Positions 46,317-58,035 of a stretch of 64,000 nt of DNA are shown in pieces. The stretch's first letter is position 1. Each line of letters starts with the position of its first letter. The DNA is taken from the NCBI GenBank assembly GCA_964622925.1, contig CAZUSL010000181.1, forward strand, positions 785 to 64,784, written 5' to 3'. The DNA is from an uncultured Pseudohongiella sp. GTDB taxonomy: Bacteria; Pseudomonadota; Gammaproteobacteria; Pseudomonadales; Pseudohongiellaceae. The notes under the pieces are model-generated. The model saw nothing but the letters and a program-made list of their open reading frames with translations, did not search any database and was not told the DNA's origin. Both the position numbers and the translations under genes were made by a program.

Positions 46317-47422
46317 TGCGGCTCGCCGGCCAGGAACTCGCCGACCTGGTTCAGCGATTGATTCAAAACCGGCAGTTCCGGCGCGATGTCGATCAGCAGT
46401 AATTCACCGAATTCCGCGGCGAGGCCGGCCGCGCTTCCGCCGCCGGCGCCGGTATAGCTTTGCAATTGTTCGAGGCCGGCTTGCAGGCTCGCGCGATATA
46501 GCGCCGCATCGCGCATCAGCAACGCCAGTTGCGCCTGTTCGACCTGCAGGCGAATCGATTCGCGGATGTATTCTTCCTGGCCGGCGACGAGTTCGAATTC
46601 CGGACGTTCGTCCCATCTGCGCCAGACGAATACATTGCCGAGAAACTCCAGGCCGGAAGCGATGAAGCCGGCGTCCGCCGCCGTTTCCGAATCCGCGTCG
46701 GCGCCGGTGGCGATCGATTCGCGCAGGCTGAGCAGCAAGTCGAGTTGGGCGATTTCGCCTGCCAGACTTTCCAGCCGGAAATAGACGCTTTCCCGGTCCG
46801 GTTGTTCGAGCGCGCGCAATTGCGCGATTTCCTCGGCGATCGTCTGGCGAATGTAGAGCACACCGTCGCGCCGGGCGTCGGCAAGCGCTCTGTCGGCGCT
46901 CTCGAACAGGACGATGGCGCCGGCGACGTCGGCTTCGAGTTGCAGTTTCAGGCTCGCCAGGTTCAACAGGTATTCGGCTTCCCGTATCTTCCAGCCGAGT
47001 TCGGGCTGCGCCTGAAAATTGCGTTGCGAGGCGCTGACTTCGCCGAGTTGCCGTTGCAGTGAATCGGTTTCCTGGCGCAACCGCTGTTCCATCTCGCGCA
47101 GCGGAGTCATGTCCATCTGTGCCGGTTCGGCAGGCTCGGCGATTTGCGCCTGCATCGATTCGATGGTAGTCGTCTGTGCCGCCAGGGTTTCGGAAAGCCG
47201 GGTGTTTTCGCCGGCAAGTTCGTCCAGCCGTCCTTGCATGGTGGCGAGTTGCATCAACAGGTACGCGGAAGCCGCCAGCACCGCGACAAACAGGAACAGC
47301 AGGATCAGGAAGCGATTGCGCGCGGGGTGCGATTGCCGCGCCGTGCGGCTTTTCGTGTCTGCCGTTTTCCCCTTGGCGGGTTTGGGCGGTGTTTTCTTCG
47401 ATGTATCCGCTTGCTCGGCCAA
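46313..47422 (-). CDS. hemX: HemX-like membrane protein
   Basis: Basic N-terminus, a single TM helix and a long coiled-coil region. It sits between hemD and hemY. Confidence 0.75.
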   Translation of the reverse strand: MAEQADTSKKTPPKPAKGKTADTKSRTARQSHPARNRFLILLFLFVAVLAASAYLLMQLATMQGRLDELAGENTRLSETLAAQTTTIESMQAQIAEPAEPAQMDMTPLREMEQRLRQETDSLQRQLGEVSASQRNFQAQPELGWKIREAEYLLNLASLKLQLEADVAGAIVLFESADRALADARRDGVLYIRQTIAEEIAQLRALEQPDRESVYFRLESLAGEIAQLDLLLSLRESIATGADADSETAADAGFIASGLEFLGNVFVWRRWDERPEFELVAGQEEYIRESIRLQVEQAQLALLMRDAALYRASLQAGLEQLQSYTGAGGGSAAGLAAEFGELLLIDIAPELPVLNQSLNQVGEFLAGEPQ

Positions 47423-47440
47423 GCCGGCGTCCCTCTTGCA

Positions 47441-48295
47441 TCAACTCTTGCGCCGCCAATGTGCGGCGAGCGCTTCGACCATCGCTTTCGCTGCAGCGTC
47501 GCCGGCGTCGATGACCACGGTAAATCCATGTTGCGCAGCCAGCTCCGCCACGCGCCGTGAAGGCACTACGACTGGCTTCGCCAACAAGCGATCCGCGCTA
47601 TGGTCGGCGCCTTCACTCGCCTTCAATGGTAGCGCGATTGCGCGATTTTTGGCAGGTCCGGTGATTTCGCCAAGCAACTCGCGCCAGCGCGCGAGAGATT
47701 CCGCGCTCGTTATGACGGCGGCGTCGGGCGGGCTTTCGGACAGAATCTCTTTCAGTTGCCCGGCGGCGCCCGCCGCGGGCGTCCGCCGATAGACTTCGAG
47801 GTAGTCCACCATCGCGCCCCGCCGCCGCAATTCCGCGGCGAGCAGTTCCCGGCCGCCTTGACCTCGAAAGATCGCGACGCGCCGGTCCTCCACATCGTCG
47901 AGTTGCGGCAGTTCCAGCAAACTTTCGCTGCCGCCGCCTGTGGCCGGGCCATGAACCGGGCGGTCGAGCAGCGATGCGGCTTCCCGCGCGGTGGCAGCGC
48001 CGACCGCAAGAATCAATGCATTTGGCGAAATCGCCGCGCCGCATTCCGCGATTCGCCTGACGCCGAAACGGGCGGCGTTGACGCTGACGAAAATCAGCAG
48101 GTCGTAGTCCTGCAAGCGGGAGAGACTTTCTTTGAGCCGGGTTACAGCCTTGGCGTCCGTGACGGATTCGATGGCAAGCAAAGGCAGGCTGATCGCTTCG
48201 CCGCCGAGGGCTTCGATTGCCGCAACCAATTCCTGTTGCTGTCCGGCCGGGCGCGTGACGAGAACACGGCGGGCTGCAAGCGGGAGATCGTTCAA
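47441..48295 (-). CDS. hemD: Uroporphyrinogen-III synthase
   Basis: [14 protein letters not shown]..., size and a 4-nt overlap with hemC. Confidence 0.8.
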   Translation of the reverse strand: MNDLPLAARRVLVTRPAGQQQELVAAIEALGGEAISLPLLAIESVTDAKAVTRLKESLSRLQDYDLLIFVSVNAARFGVRRIAECGAAISPNALILAVGAATAREAASLLDRPVHGPATGGGSESLLELPQLDDVEDRRVAIFRGQGGRELLAAELRRRGAMVDYLEVYRRTPAAGAAGQLKEILSESPPDAAVITSAESLARWRELLGEITGPAKNRAIALPLKASEGADHSADRLLAKPVVVPSRRVAELAAQHGFTVVIDAGDAAAKAMVEALAAHWRRKS

Positions 48296-49230
48296 GACGC
48301 GGCCCCGTTACGCAGATCGGCAATGATCCGGTCCGCTCCGCGTTCGAGCAATTCGGCTGCTACTTCGCGACCGAGTTCCCGGGAATTTGCGGCAGCTCCG
48401 CTCCGCTCGCTGCGCACGATCTCGCTGCCGTCGGCCCTGCCCACCAACGCCTGCAGATGCAGATTGCCTTCTTCCAGGCGGGCATGGGCGGCGATGGGGA
48501 GTTCGCAGCCGCCGTCGAGCGCGAGGGTGACTTCGCGTTCCGCGACGACCTGCGCCGCTGTTTCCTCGTGGTGCAGACATGCCAGCAGATCGCGTGTCGT
48601 CTCATCGCCGGCGCGGCATTCTACGCCGATGGCGCCCTGGCCCGCCGCCGGCAGGCAATCGGCGATGCCGAGTCTTGCGCGGATGCGTTGCTCAAGTTGC
48701 AGGCGCATCAGCCCCGCGCTGGCAAGAATGATCGCGTCGTATTGGCCTTCATCGAGTTTGCCGAGGCGGGTGCCGACGTTACCGCGCAAGTCCGCGAGCC
48801 GCAGATCGGGCCGCAGGCATTTGAGCTGGCACTGGCGGCGCAGGCTCGAAGTGCCGACGACGGCGGCCGACGGCAAATCTGCAAGGCTGCCGTAATCGTT
48901 CGACACGAGCGCATCGCTTGGGTCGCCACGCTCGCAGATCACGGCCAGTCCGAGGCCTTCGGGGAATTGCGCCGGAACGTCTTTCATCGAATGCACGGCG
49001 ATATCGGCTTCGCCATCGAGCATCGCTCGCTCGAGTTCCTTGACGAACAGCCCCTTGCCGCCCAGCCGCGCCAACGGGCTATGCAACATGCGGTCGCCGG
49101 TAGTGGTGAAGCCGAGTATTTCGACTTCGAGTCCCGGATGGGCCTGTTGCAGGGAAGATTTGACGTAGTTCGCCTGCCACATCGCCAGCGGGCTGTTGCG
49201 GCTTGCGATTCTCAGGACGGTTCGGGACAT
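48292..49230 (-). CDS. hemC: Hydroxymethylbilane synthase
   Basis: [37 protein letters not shown] and RGNVGTRL. Confidence 0.95.
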   Translation of the reverse strand: MSRTVLRIASRNSPLAMWQANYVKSSLQQAHPGLEVEILGFTTTGDRMLHSPLARLGGKGLFVKELERAMLDGEADIAVHSMKDVPAQFPEGLGLAVICERGDPSDALVSNDYGSLADLPSAAVVGTSSLRRQCQLKCLRPDLRLADLRGNVGTRLGKLDEGQYDAIILASAGLMRLQLEQRIRARLGIADCLPAAGQGAIGVECRAGDETTRDLLACLHHEETAAQVVAEREVTLALDGGCELPIAAHARLEEGNLHLQALVGRADGSEIVRSERSGAAANSRELGREVAAELLERGADRIIADLRNGAAS

Positions 49231-49261
49231 GTCGCGGAATCTGCTGAGCGACGCAGAGTTG

Positions 49262-50692
49262 CTATCCGCTCTTGCCGCTGAGAGCTTGCCTCGCTCTCAA
49301 GGCGGCTTCGCGCACTTGATTCGGCGCCGTACCGCCGAAATGATCGCGGGCGGCGACCGATCCCTCCACCGTGAGAACGTCGTGGACATCGGCCTCGATC
49401 AGGCCGGAAAAACCGTTCAATTCCTCAAGTGTGAGTTCGTGCAATTCCCTGCCTTGTGCAAGCGCGTATGCAACGGTTTTTCCGGTCGCCTCATGGGCGT
49501 CGCGAAAGGGAAGGCCCTTTCGCACCAGGTAGTCGGCGAGATCGGTGGCGGTTGAGCAGTCCTTTCCCGCCGCCTCGCGCATGACCTCGCGCCTGCATTC
49601 AATGGCGGGAACCAGTTCGCCAAAGGCGAACAGGCAGTCCTTGAGCGTGTCGATCAGGTCGAAGACGGGTTCCTTGTCTTCCTGGTTGTCCCTGTTGTAC
49701 GCCAGCGGCTGGGACTTCATCAGGCTCAGGAGCGATTGCAGATGGCCCTGTACGCGCCCGGCCTTGCCCCGCACCAGTTCGGGCACGTCGGGATTCTTCT
49801 TCTGCGGCATGATCGACGAGCCCGTACAAAAGCGGTCGGGCAGATCGATGAAGCCGAATTGCGCCGAAAGCCATAGCACGATTTCCTCGGACATACGCGA
49901 CAGATGCGTCATGAGCAGGCTGCCCGCGGCAGCCAGTTCTATGGCGAAATCGCGGTCGCTGACCGCATCGAGCGAATTGCCCGCGGGCGCATCGAAACCG
50001 AGTAGTTCCGCGGTACGGGCGCGGTCTATGGGAAAACTCGTGCCGGCGAGAGCGGCGGCGCCGAGCGGTGAGACGTTCACGCGCTTGCGGCAATCCGCCA
50101 GGCGGGCGTCGTCACGCTCGAGCATTTCGTACCAGGCGAGCATGTGGTGGCCGAAAGTCACCGGCTGGGCGGTTTGCAGATGCGTGAAGCCGGGCATGAT
50201 GGTGTCGGCTTCGCGCTCGGCCAGATCAATCAGGGCTGACTGCAATTTTCCGAGCAGGCCGCGAATCGCGTCGATCTCGTCCCTCACGTAAAGCCGCAAA
50301 TCGGTGGCGACCTGATCGTTGCGCGAGCGGCCGGTGTGCAGTTTCTTGCCGACCTCGCCGATGCGTTCGGTCAAGGCGGCCTCGATGTTCATGTGTACGT
50401 CTTCCAACTCGACCGACCACGCGAAGCGGCCCTGTTCGATGTCGGCGCGGATGTCCTCAAGCCCGCCCGTGATCTGCCGCGCTTCCTCTTCCGTCAGCAC
50501 TCCGACCTCGGCAAGCATGGTCGCATGGGCTATCGAGCCGGCGATATCCTGCCTGTACAGGCGCGCGTCGAACCCCACCGACGCGGTAAACCGCTCGATG
50601 AAACTGTCGGTAGTCTCGGAAAACCGGCCACTCCAGAGTTTTCCGGGCTTGCCGCCACCGGCTTCGCCTTTCCCGTCGTGCTTTTCGTTCAC
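49262..50692 (-). CDS. argH: Argininosuccinate lyase
   Basis: [24 protein letters not shown] and [16 protein letters not shown]. Confidence 0.95.
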   Translation of the reverse strand: MNEKHDGKGEAGGGKPGKLWSGRFSETTDSFIERFTASVGFDARLYRQDIAGSIAHATMLAEVGVLTEEEARQITGGLEDIRADIEQGRFAWSVELEDVHMNIEAALTERIGEVGKKLHTGRSRNDQVATDLRLYVRDEIDAIRGLLGKLQSALIDLAEREADTIMPGFTHLQTAQPVTFGHHMLAWYEMLERDDARLADCRKRVNVSPLGAAALAGTSFPIDRARTAELLGFDAPAGNSLDAVSDRDFAIELAAAGSLLMTHLSRMSEEIVLWLSAQFGFIDLPDRFCTGSSIMPQKKNPDVPELVRGKAGRVQGHLQSLLSLMKSQPLAYNRDNQEDKEPVFDLIDTLKDCLFAFGELVPAIECRREVMREAAGKDCSTATDLADYLVRKGLPFRDAHEATGKTVAYALAQGRELHELTLEELNGFSGLIEADVHDVLTVEGSVAARDHFGGTAPNQVREAALRARQALSGKSG

Positions 50693-50782
50693 AATATCCG
50701 CCCGCCGCCGGCAAACCCGCCGACCGTGAAAAGGCTGGCGATTATAGCAGCATGTATTTCACGCGATTGACGGAATGTGGAT

Positions 50783-51940
50783 TCAGATCTCTTCGTTGAG
50801 GGTGTCGATATATTTTCGGTAGACGAACAATCGATTGCGCGCACGGCCTGTAATTTCCTCAGCAATTCCCAACGCGATTAGTACTTCCATTGCCTTCGCG
50901 GCGGTGCGAAACGTCAAGTTGGTTTTTTCGCAGGCGTAAGGTAATGAAACAAGGGGCCGCTCCATGAGCAGGTCATGGACACGCAACGCCGAACTCGCGC
51001 GCTGTTTCGCGGTCACGGAAATCCCTTCGCGATCCTCCTTGAACAGATGATTCAACCGGTTTGCCGCCTCAAAGGCGTTGTCAGCAATTACCGAGACGCC
51101 TTCCAGAAAAAACAGCAGCCAGGCCTCCCAGTCGCCCTCCCGCCGAGTGCGATTCAGCAGTTCGTAGTAGGTCTCGCGATGTTGTTTGAAGTACAAGCTG
51201 AGGTAGAGAAGCGGTTCGCGCAGCACGCCCTCGGCGTACAGGAGCAAGGTGATCAGAATGCGTCCCACGCGGCCGTTGCCGTCAAGAAACGGATGAATGG
51301 TTTCGAATTGTACGTGGGCGAGAGCGGCCCTTATGAGTGGAGGCAGCGACTTGTTTTCTTCATTGATGAATCTTTCCAGGGCTCCCATGCAGTCAGGAAC
51401 TTCGGTATGCGGCGGCGGCACGAAATGCGCGTTGCCCGGCCGGCTCCCGCCTATCCAGTTCTGGCTTTTCCGATATTCTCCCGGGAGCGTTTTGCTTCCA
51501 CGCCCGCTTGACAGCAGGATTTCGTGGATTTCCCAGAACAAACGGTTCGACAGCGGAAAACCTTCACGTACTTGCCTGATTCCATGATCCAGCGCGGCGA
51601 CGCAATTGGAAACTTCCAATGTATCGTGCCGCGGAACGCCGGGAACCGCATCGAACTCGCTCAGCAAAAGATCGGAAAGCGATGACTGGGTGCCTTCGAT
51701 CTGGGAAGAGAGCACCGCCTCCTTGCGCACATAGGAATATATGAGCAGCATCTTGTCGGGGAAAATATGGGCGACGCCTTCAAGTCGTCCAAGCGCCGCG
51801 GAAGCCGCCGCGAAGGCCTTCAGCAATTCGCCGTCCATTGCGATCTCGGGCTGAGGGGGCAAAGGCGCCGGCACGAATGCGCGAACGATTTCGCCACCCA
51901 CAGCGGTTTCAAAATACTCGCCGACTCGGTTCCGCTTCAC
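50783..51940 (-). CDS. Fic family protein (class II, N-terminal inhibitory helix; DUF4172-type N-terminus; C-terminal wHTH)
   Basis: Fic motif IHPFLDGNGRVGRILI. SSQIEG fits the (S/T)xxxE(G/N) autoinhibition motif. Confidence 0.9.
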   Translation of the reverse strand: MKRNRVGEYFETAVGGEIVRAFVPAPLPPQPEIAMDGELLKAFAAASAALGRLEGVAHIFPDKMLLIYSYVRKEAVLSSQIEGTQSSLSDLLLSEFDAVPGVPRHDTLEVSNCVAALDHGIRQVREGFPLSNRLFWEIHEILLSSGRGSKTLPGEYRKSQNWIGGSRPGNAHFVPPPHTEVPDCMGALERFINEENKSLPPLIRAALAHVQFETIHPFLDGNGRVGRILITLLLYAEGVLREPLLYLSLYFKQHRETYYELLNRTRREGDWEAWLLFFLEGVSVIADNAFEAANRLNHLFKEDREGISVTAKQRASSALRVHDLLMERPLVSLPYACEKTNLTFRTAAKAMEVLIALGIAEEITGRARNRLFVYRKYIDTLNEEI

Positions 51941-52002
51941 GATTTGGCGCCTCTGCTGCTCGTCAGGTCAAACTTGAAGTCAGTTATTATACATTAGGGC
52001 TT

Positions 52003-52037
52003 GAAAGTAAAATAATACGGCTGCTTATTGTACTTTC
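52003..52037. repeat. 13-bp-arm inverted repeat (hairpin) upstream of fic / downstream of the deaminase gene
   Basis: GAAAGTAAAATAA, a 9-nt loop, then TTATTGTACTTTC (one mismatch). Confidence 0.6.
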
Positions 52038-52074
52038 TGTCAATTAGCGGATTTTTATTTCACTTTTTTGCCAA

Positions 52075-52090
52075 AAAGTAAAATAACGGC
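52075..52090. repeat. Direct copy of the left arm of the 52003 hairpin
   Basis: AAAGTAAAATAACGGC compared with AAAGTAAAATAATACGGC at 52004-52021 (a 2-nt indel). Confidence 0.5.
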
Positions 52091-52122
52091 AATTGGCTTT
52101 GGAGGAATGAACGGAGAGCCGA

Positions 52123-53193
<1,071 letters not shown>

Positions 53194-53266
53194 TCAAGCC
53201 CGGCAAATTGCATTGCCCAAACCGAATTCGTACCATCTGTCGAAGGCGCTGGGGCCTTGGGGACAC

Positions 53267-53965
53267 ATGAAAAAGATCCTGATCCTCGATGACGATGAAA
53301 AGCTGGGTCTGCTGCTGACGCAGTACCTGGAACGTCATGGCATGGAATGTCATGTGGCGCTGACGCCGCCGCGGGGCTTTGAGATGCTGAAAAAGCTCAA
53401 GCCCGACCTGCTGATCCTCGATGTCATGCTGCCCGTCATGGACGGATTCGAGGTATGCAGGGAGATTCGCTCCAAGAGTTCGATCTACGGAAACCTGCCG
53501 ATTCTCATGTTGACCGCCCATGCCGAGGTCAACGACCGCATCGCCGGGCTCGAACTCGGCGCCGACGACTATCTGCCCAAGCCCTTCGAACCGCGGGAAT
53601 TGCTGGCCCGCATCCAGAATGTCCTCCGCCGCAGCCTGGACGATTACGATTCGCGCGAGATCAGGCGGATCGAAGGCCTCGACGTGGACGCATCGCGCAG
53701 GGAAGTGAAACTCGACGGCGAAGTGCTCGATCTCACCACCATGGAATACGAATTGCTGGTCCTGTTCATGCAATTTCCGAACAAGACTTTCTCCAGGGAC
53801 GAACTCATGAACCGTTTGCGCGGGATAAACGCCGAACTGTTCTCGCGGGCCGTCGATACCCTGGTGAGCCGCCTGCGGCACAAATTGAAGGATACTTCGA
53901 AGACGCCGCGTTTCATCAAGACCGTCTGGGGCCGCGGCTACACCTTCGTCGGACAGCAGTTGTGA
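53267..53965 (+). CDS. OmpR-family response regulator
   Basis: ATG 53267. ILILDDDE...LLILDVMLPVMDG is the receiver domain. The C-terminal winged helix is ...IKTVWGRGYTF. Confidence 0.9.
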   Translation: MKKILILDDDEKLGLLLTQYLERHGMECHVALTPPRGFEMLKKLKPDLLILDVMLPVMDGFEVCREIRSKSSIYGNLPILMLTAHAEVNDRIAGLELGADDYLPKPFEPRELLARIQNVLRRSLDDYDSREIRRIEGLDVDASRREVKLDGEVLDLTTMEYELLVLFMQFPNKTFSRDELMNRLRGINAELFSRAVDTLVSRLRHKLKDTSKTPRFIKTVWGRGYTFVGQQL

Positions 53966-55290
53966 ACGCGCTGGTTCAATCGATCCGCCGCTCGCTGTTC
54001 CTGCGCCTGTTGCTCATTTTCGGCACCACCGTATTGCTGTTCCTCATCATCATTTTCTGGTCCCTGCGGCTGGTCACCGATACCGGGAACACGATAGACG
54101 CGATTCCCGACTTCTTCTCCCGCAACATCGATTCGATCATCGATATCGAAAGCATCGGCTCGCCGCCCAACCTGGCCAACGCCATGCGGCTGGCCGAGGA
54201 ACTCGGCTGGACGATCCAGATCCGCAGCCCGATCATGCGCTGGAGTTCCGATACCGACAATCGCATCGACGTCACCCAGGCGGAGTTCGACCACACCCTC
54301 AGCGCCGACGCCGAAATCCGCCGCATCGGCGGCGAAGACATCATCATGGTGGAGCGCGGCGGCTACGAGTTCTATCTCTATCAGCGCGCCGTTCCCGAGC
54401 CGGCGATCAATTACCTGGTGCTCTACGTCGGCTTCACCCTGGCGGCATTGGTGCTGCTGCTCAACTATTTCATGGTGAACCGGCTGCTGGCTCCCGTGCG
54501 GCTGCTCAAGCAGGGCGCCGAACGGATTCGCAACGGCGACCTCGGCTTCCGCGTCGACAGCGACCGGCAGGACGAACTCGGAGAACTCACCGAAAGTATC
54601 AATCACATGGCGGACTCGCTGCAGTCGATGCTCGAGGCCAAGCGCCAGTTGCTGCTCGCGATCAGTCACGAACTGCGCTCGCCGCTTGCGAAGGCGAAAT
54701 TGCGGCTGGAATTTCTCGACGAAAGCGAGCAGGCCGATCAGCTTCGCGAGGACATCAACGACATCGACCTGCTGATCGCGGATTTGATCGAAGCCGAACG
54801 CCTCAACCAGGAGCATTCGGTGCTCGTGTCCGAAGCGGTTCGCATCGGCGGTTTCGTGCGCTCGGTCACCGAACAATACGTGGAATACAAGGGCAGCCTG
54901 GAGGTGAAAATCGGGCGGCCCGACCAGGAATTCCACATCGACAAGTTGCGCATCAGGCTGCTGCTTACCAACCTGCTCAACAACGCCGTGCGCCATGGCG
55001 AGAACAAGTCGATCCAGGTCAAGGTGTCGTTCCCGGAGGATCACGCGGAAATCGAAGTAGTGGATCAAGGCGAGGGAATTCCCGCGGAACATCTCAAGCA
55101 GATCGCCGAGCCTTTCTATCGCGCCGACATGGCGCGCCGGCGCAATACCGGCGGCACCGGACTCGGCCTCTATTTATGCCGCCTCATCGCCGAAGCCCAC
55201 GGCGGGACGCTGAATATCCAGAGCGAGGTCGGCAAAGGCACATACGTAACCGTGTGCCTCCCGCGGCGCCTGAGCGAGACGCCCGCATAA
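53962..55290 (+). CDS. Sensor histidine kinase (HAMP-HisKA-HATPase)
   Basis: GTG 53962 overlaps the response-regulator stop (GTGA). Two TM helices, H-box LAISHELRSPL, N box LLNNAVRHG, and G boxes DQGEGIP and GGTGLGL. Confidence 0.9.
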   Translation: MNALVQSIRRSLFLRLLLIFGTTVLLFLIIIFWSLRLVTDTGNTIDAIPDFFSRNIDSIIDIESIGSPPNLANAMRLAEELGWTIQIRSPIMRWSSDTDNRIDVTQAEFDHTLSADAEIRRIGGEDIIMVERGGYEFYLYQRAVPEPAINYLVLYVGFTLAALVLLLNYFMVNRLLAPVRLLKQGAERIRNGDLGFRVDSDRQDELGELTESINHMADSLQSMLEAKRQLLLAISHELRSPLAKAKLRLEFLDESEQADQLREDINDIDLLIADLIEAERLNQEHSVLVSEAVRIGGFVRSVTEQYVEYKGSLEVKIGRPDQEFHIDKLRIRLLLTNLLNNAVRHGENKSIQVKVSFPEDHAEIEVVDQGEGIPAEHLKQIAEPFYRADMARRRNTGGTGLGLYLCRLIAEAHGGTLNIQSEVGKGTYVTVCLPRRLSETPA

Positions 55291-55296
55291 CCCCCG

Positions 55297-57270
55297 TCAG
55301 GCCTGGCCCGGGCGGCGCCGTCGTGCGCGCAGCAGGTAGATTCCCAGCACCAGAACGCTCAGCAGCACCGGCACGAGCAAGGTATTGAGCCATTGCAGAT
55401 TGGCGCCGAGACGTTCGATGTCTTCGGTCAACTGGAACTGTACGTCGCGCAGCCGGCGGCGTGTGTCGATCATCTCCTGGTTGAATTGATTGATCTCGGC
55501 CTGGATCTCGGGCGCGAGCTGCTCTAGCGGTTCGCCTTCCTCGTTCTGGCTCAGGCGCGCGACTTCGGCTTCGGTATCCGCGAGCCGGGCCAGCAATTCG
55601 GCTTCTTCCTCGCGCAGCCGGTCGTCGGCCTGGCGCTGCATTTCGATGACGCGGTTGAACGGCCGGGAGTAGGTGCCGCGGCTGCGGATGCTCGCCAGGT
55701 TGGCGCCGCCGGCGAGATTGTCGAGCGCGTTGACGATCATGTCGCCGTTGTTGGCGAAAGGCTGGGGAATGCGCTGGCCGAGGAACTGGGCGACTTGCAC
55801 CCACATGCGGTCCGACATCAGGTCGGTGTCGGCGAAAAGGACGATGTTCACCGGCTCCGCCGACTGCGCAATGTGAGGAACGATTTCCTCTTCTTCGGAG
55901 ATTTCGGTTTCTTCAGCGCCTGTGTCCTCGTCCTCGGCAGTCACGGTTTCGGCGTCGGCTTCTTCCTCCTCCGGTGGAGGCGGTGGAGGACCGTCCGGGA
56001 AAGCGGAGTTGACGACGCCGCTGATGCGCGCCGCCAGGGTATAGCTCTCTTCCGTGGGCTCGAACTCGTCGAACAGCAGCGAAGGTTCGGTGATGTCCTG
56101 GATCAATGCCGCTTCCATCAACATGGAATTGGCGGAAGATTGCATCAGCGGCTCGAACAGCGTTTCGGCGCCTTCCGCCCGGGCGATGACTCCGGCCGAG
56201 GAGACGTTGATCGTCTCGAGCCGGCTGGTGATGATGTCGTCGCCGTCCAGATTGGCGCGCTGAATGCCGAGCATGCCGAGATGGGGCTCGGGCCGCGAAC
56301 CCTGGCCCATGGAGACACGCAAGGCCAGGTTGCTGTCGGCGAGCACCTTGCTGCTGTCGTATTCCACGCCCCAGGCTTCGAGCAGTCCCGGCAGGTCGGA
56401 ACTCATGCCCGCCGGAACCAGGACGCCCTGCGGCGAGCGCGTCACCAGCGAATCGGCGTTGGGATCGAGAAAAACGATGGCTTCGCCGCCGCGCATGATG
56501 TGCTGGTCGATGGCGTAAAGCATCTGCCCGGACAGGTCGCGCGGATGCACGAGCATGACGATATCGACGTCTTCGTCGATGCTTTCGTCGAACTCGCTGA
56601 TGCGGCGCACCTCGTACAATTGCCTGATGACGTCCATGACGAACCAGGGCTGAAGCATCTGCTGGGTGCCGGGATCAAAACCGCCGTCGACGTCTAATTC
56701 GGTCAGCAAGGCCACCACCGTGCGTTCGGGATTGGCCGCCTGGGTGATGAGCTTGACGAATTCGTATTCGAGGAAGGGTTCCTGGTCGGGCCGGATCAGC
56801 GGCATGGTTTCGGAGATGCGCAGGGTTTCCGGCGCCCCTTCGGGCAATTGCCGGGCCGCCACGAGGCCGAAATAGATGGCCTCGCCGCCCTGGGTGACGG
56901 GAACCGGCTGGATGCCGAACTGATTGGCGAGGTCCTCGTCTTCCGAAAACGGTTCGGGATCGATCATGGACAGCGACAGGCGACCGTTGCTCGCGATCAC
57001 GATTTCCCCGAGCAGTTCCTGCACGCGGGTGGCGTAAGTGCGTATCTGGGGCACGTCCTCGGTGGCGGAATCCGAATAGAAGAATGTCAGTTCGACCGGC
57101 GTTTCGAGGTTCGAGACGATGTCCCGGGTCGCGGGAGCCAGCGTAAACAGCCGATCTTCGGTCAGGTCCAGGCGCCAGCCCGGCAGCAGCGAAATCACGG
57201 CAACCGCGAACAGCAGCGCGGCTGCGATCAGGACCAGTCCGACCAGTGATACCAGGCGTCCGGTTGTCAT
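55297..57270 (-). CDS. GldG-like ABC-transporter auxiliary protein
   Basis: N- and C-terminal TM anchors, LDLTEDRLFTLAPATRDIV near the N-terminus, and a position downstream of the ABC-2 permease. The family call is from memory. Confidence 0.7.
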   Translation of the reverse strand: MTTGRLVSLVGLVLIAAALLFAVAVISLLPGWRLDLTEDRLFTLAPATRDIVSNLETPVELTFFYSDSATEDVPQIRTYATRVQELLGEIVIASNGRLSLSMIDPEPFSEDEDLANQFGIQPVPVTQGGEAIYFGLVAARQLPEGAPETLRISETMPLIRPDQEPFLEYEFVKLITQAANPERTVVALLTELDVDGGFDPGTQQMLQPWFVMDVIRQLYEVRRISEFDESIDEDVDIVMLVHPRDLSGQMLYAIDQHIMRGGEAIVFLDPNADSLVTRSPQGVLVPAGMSSDLPGLLEAWGVEYDSSKVLADSNLALRVSMGQGSRPEPHLGMLGIQRANLDGDDIITSRLETINVSSAGVIARAEGAETLFEPLMQSSANSMLMEAALIQDITEPSLLFDEFEPTEESYTLAARISGVVNSAFPDGPPPPPPEEEEADAETVTAEDEDTGAEETEISEEEEIVPHIAQSAEPVNIVLFADTDLMSDRMWVQVAQFLGQRIPQPFANNGDMIVNALDNLAGGANLASIRSRGTYSRPFNRVIEMQRQADDRLREEEAELLARLADTEAEVARLSQNEEGEPLEQLAPEIQAEINQFNQEMIDTRRRLRDVQFQLTEDIERLGANLQWLNTLLVPVLLSVLVLGIYLLRARRRRPGQA

Positions 57271-57282
57271 ATTCCTACCTTC

Positions 57283-58035
57283 CTAATTCGCTTTCTTGAT
57301 TTCGATGACGATCGCGCTGGCGAGCAGCCAGGCGGCGATGAACACGCTGAAATACAGTACATCCCGGATGTCGAGCACGCCCTTGGAAATCGAATCGAAA
57401 TGCGTGAGGAATCCGAGCGCCGCCACCGCGTCGACGATTACCTGTGGCGTCCAGTCCGGAAACGCGTTGAGCAGGATCGGCGAACCCATGATGACGAACA
57501 GGAAGCAGATGCTGACCGTCAGAATGAAGGCGATCACCGAATTGCGGGTGCAGGCGGACATGCACGAGCCGATGGCGAGATAGGCCCCGGCCATGAACCA
57601 GCTTCCGATATAGCTCGCCACGATCACGCCATTGTCCGGATCGCCGAGATAGTTCACCGTGATCCAGATCGGGAAGGTCAGCAACAGGGCGATTCCGGTC
57701 AGCGCCCAGGCGGCGAGGAACTTGCCGAGCACCGCGTCCGCCAGTCTTACCGGCAGCGTCAGCAACAGTTCGATGGTGCCGGTCTTGCGTTCGTCGGCCC
57801 ACAGGGCCATGGCGATGGCGGGCACCATGAACAGGTAGAGCCAGGGATGGAAGCCGAAGAAAGGTATCAGGTCGGCCTGGCCCCGGGCGTAGAAGCCGCC
57901 GAGTTCGAACGTGAAGATGCCGTTGGTGATGAGAAAGATCACGATGAACACGTAGGCCAGCGGAGTGGCGAAATAGCCCATCAGCTCGCGCCGGAAGATG
58001 ATTCCCAAGTTTTGCATAAAGAGCATCTGCATCAT
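57283..58035 (-). CDS. ABC-2 type transporter permease (GldF-like)
   Basis: ATG 58035 overlaps the ATPase stop (ATGA). Six hydrophobic helices. The ORF-track extension to 58125 lies inside the ATPase gene. Confidence 0.75.
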   Translation of the reverse strand: MMQMLFMQNLGIIFRRELMGYFATPLAYVFIVIFLITNGIFTFELGGFYARGQADLIPFFGFHPWLYLFMVPAIAMALWADERKTGTIELLLTLPVRLADAVLGKFLAAWALTGIALLLTFPIWITVNYLGDPDNGVIVASYIGSWFMAGAYLAIGSCMSACTRNSVIAFILTVSICFLFVIMGSPILLNAFPDWTPQVIVDAVAALGFLTHFDSISKGVLDIRDVLYFSVFIAAWLLASAIVIEIKKAN

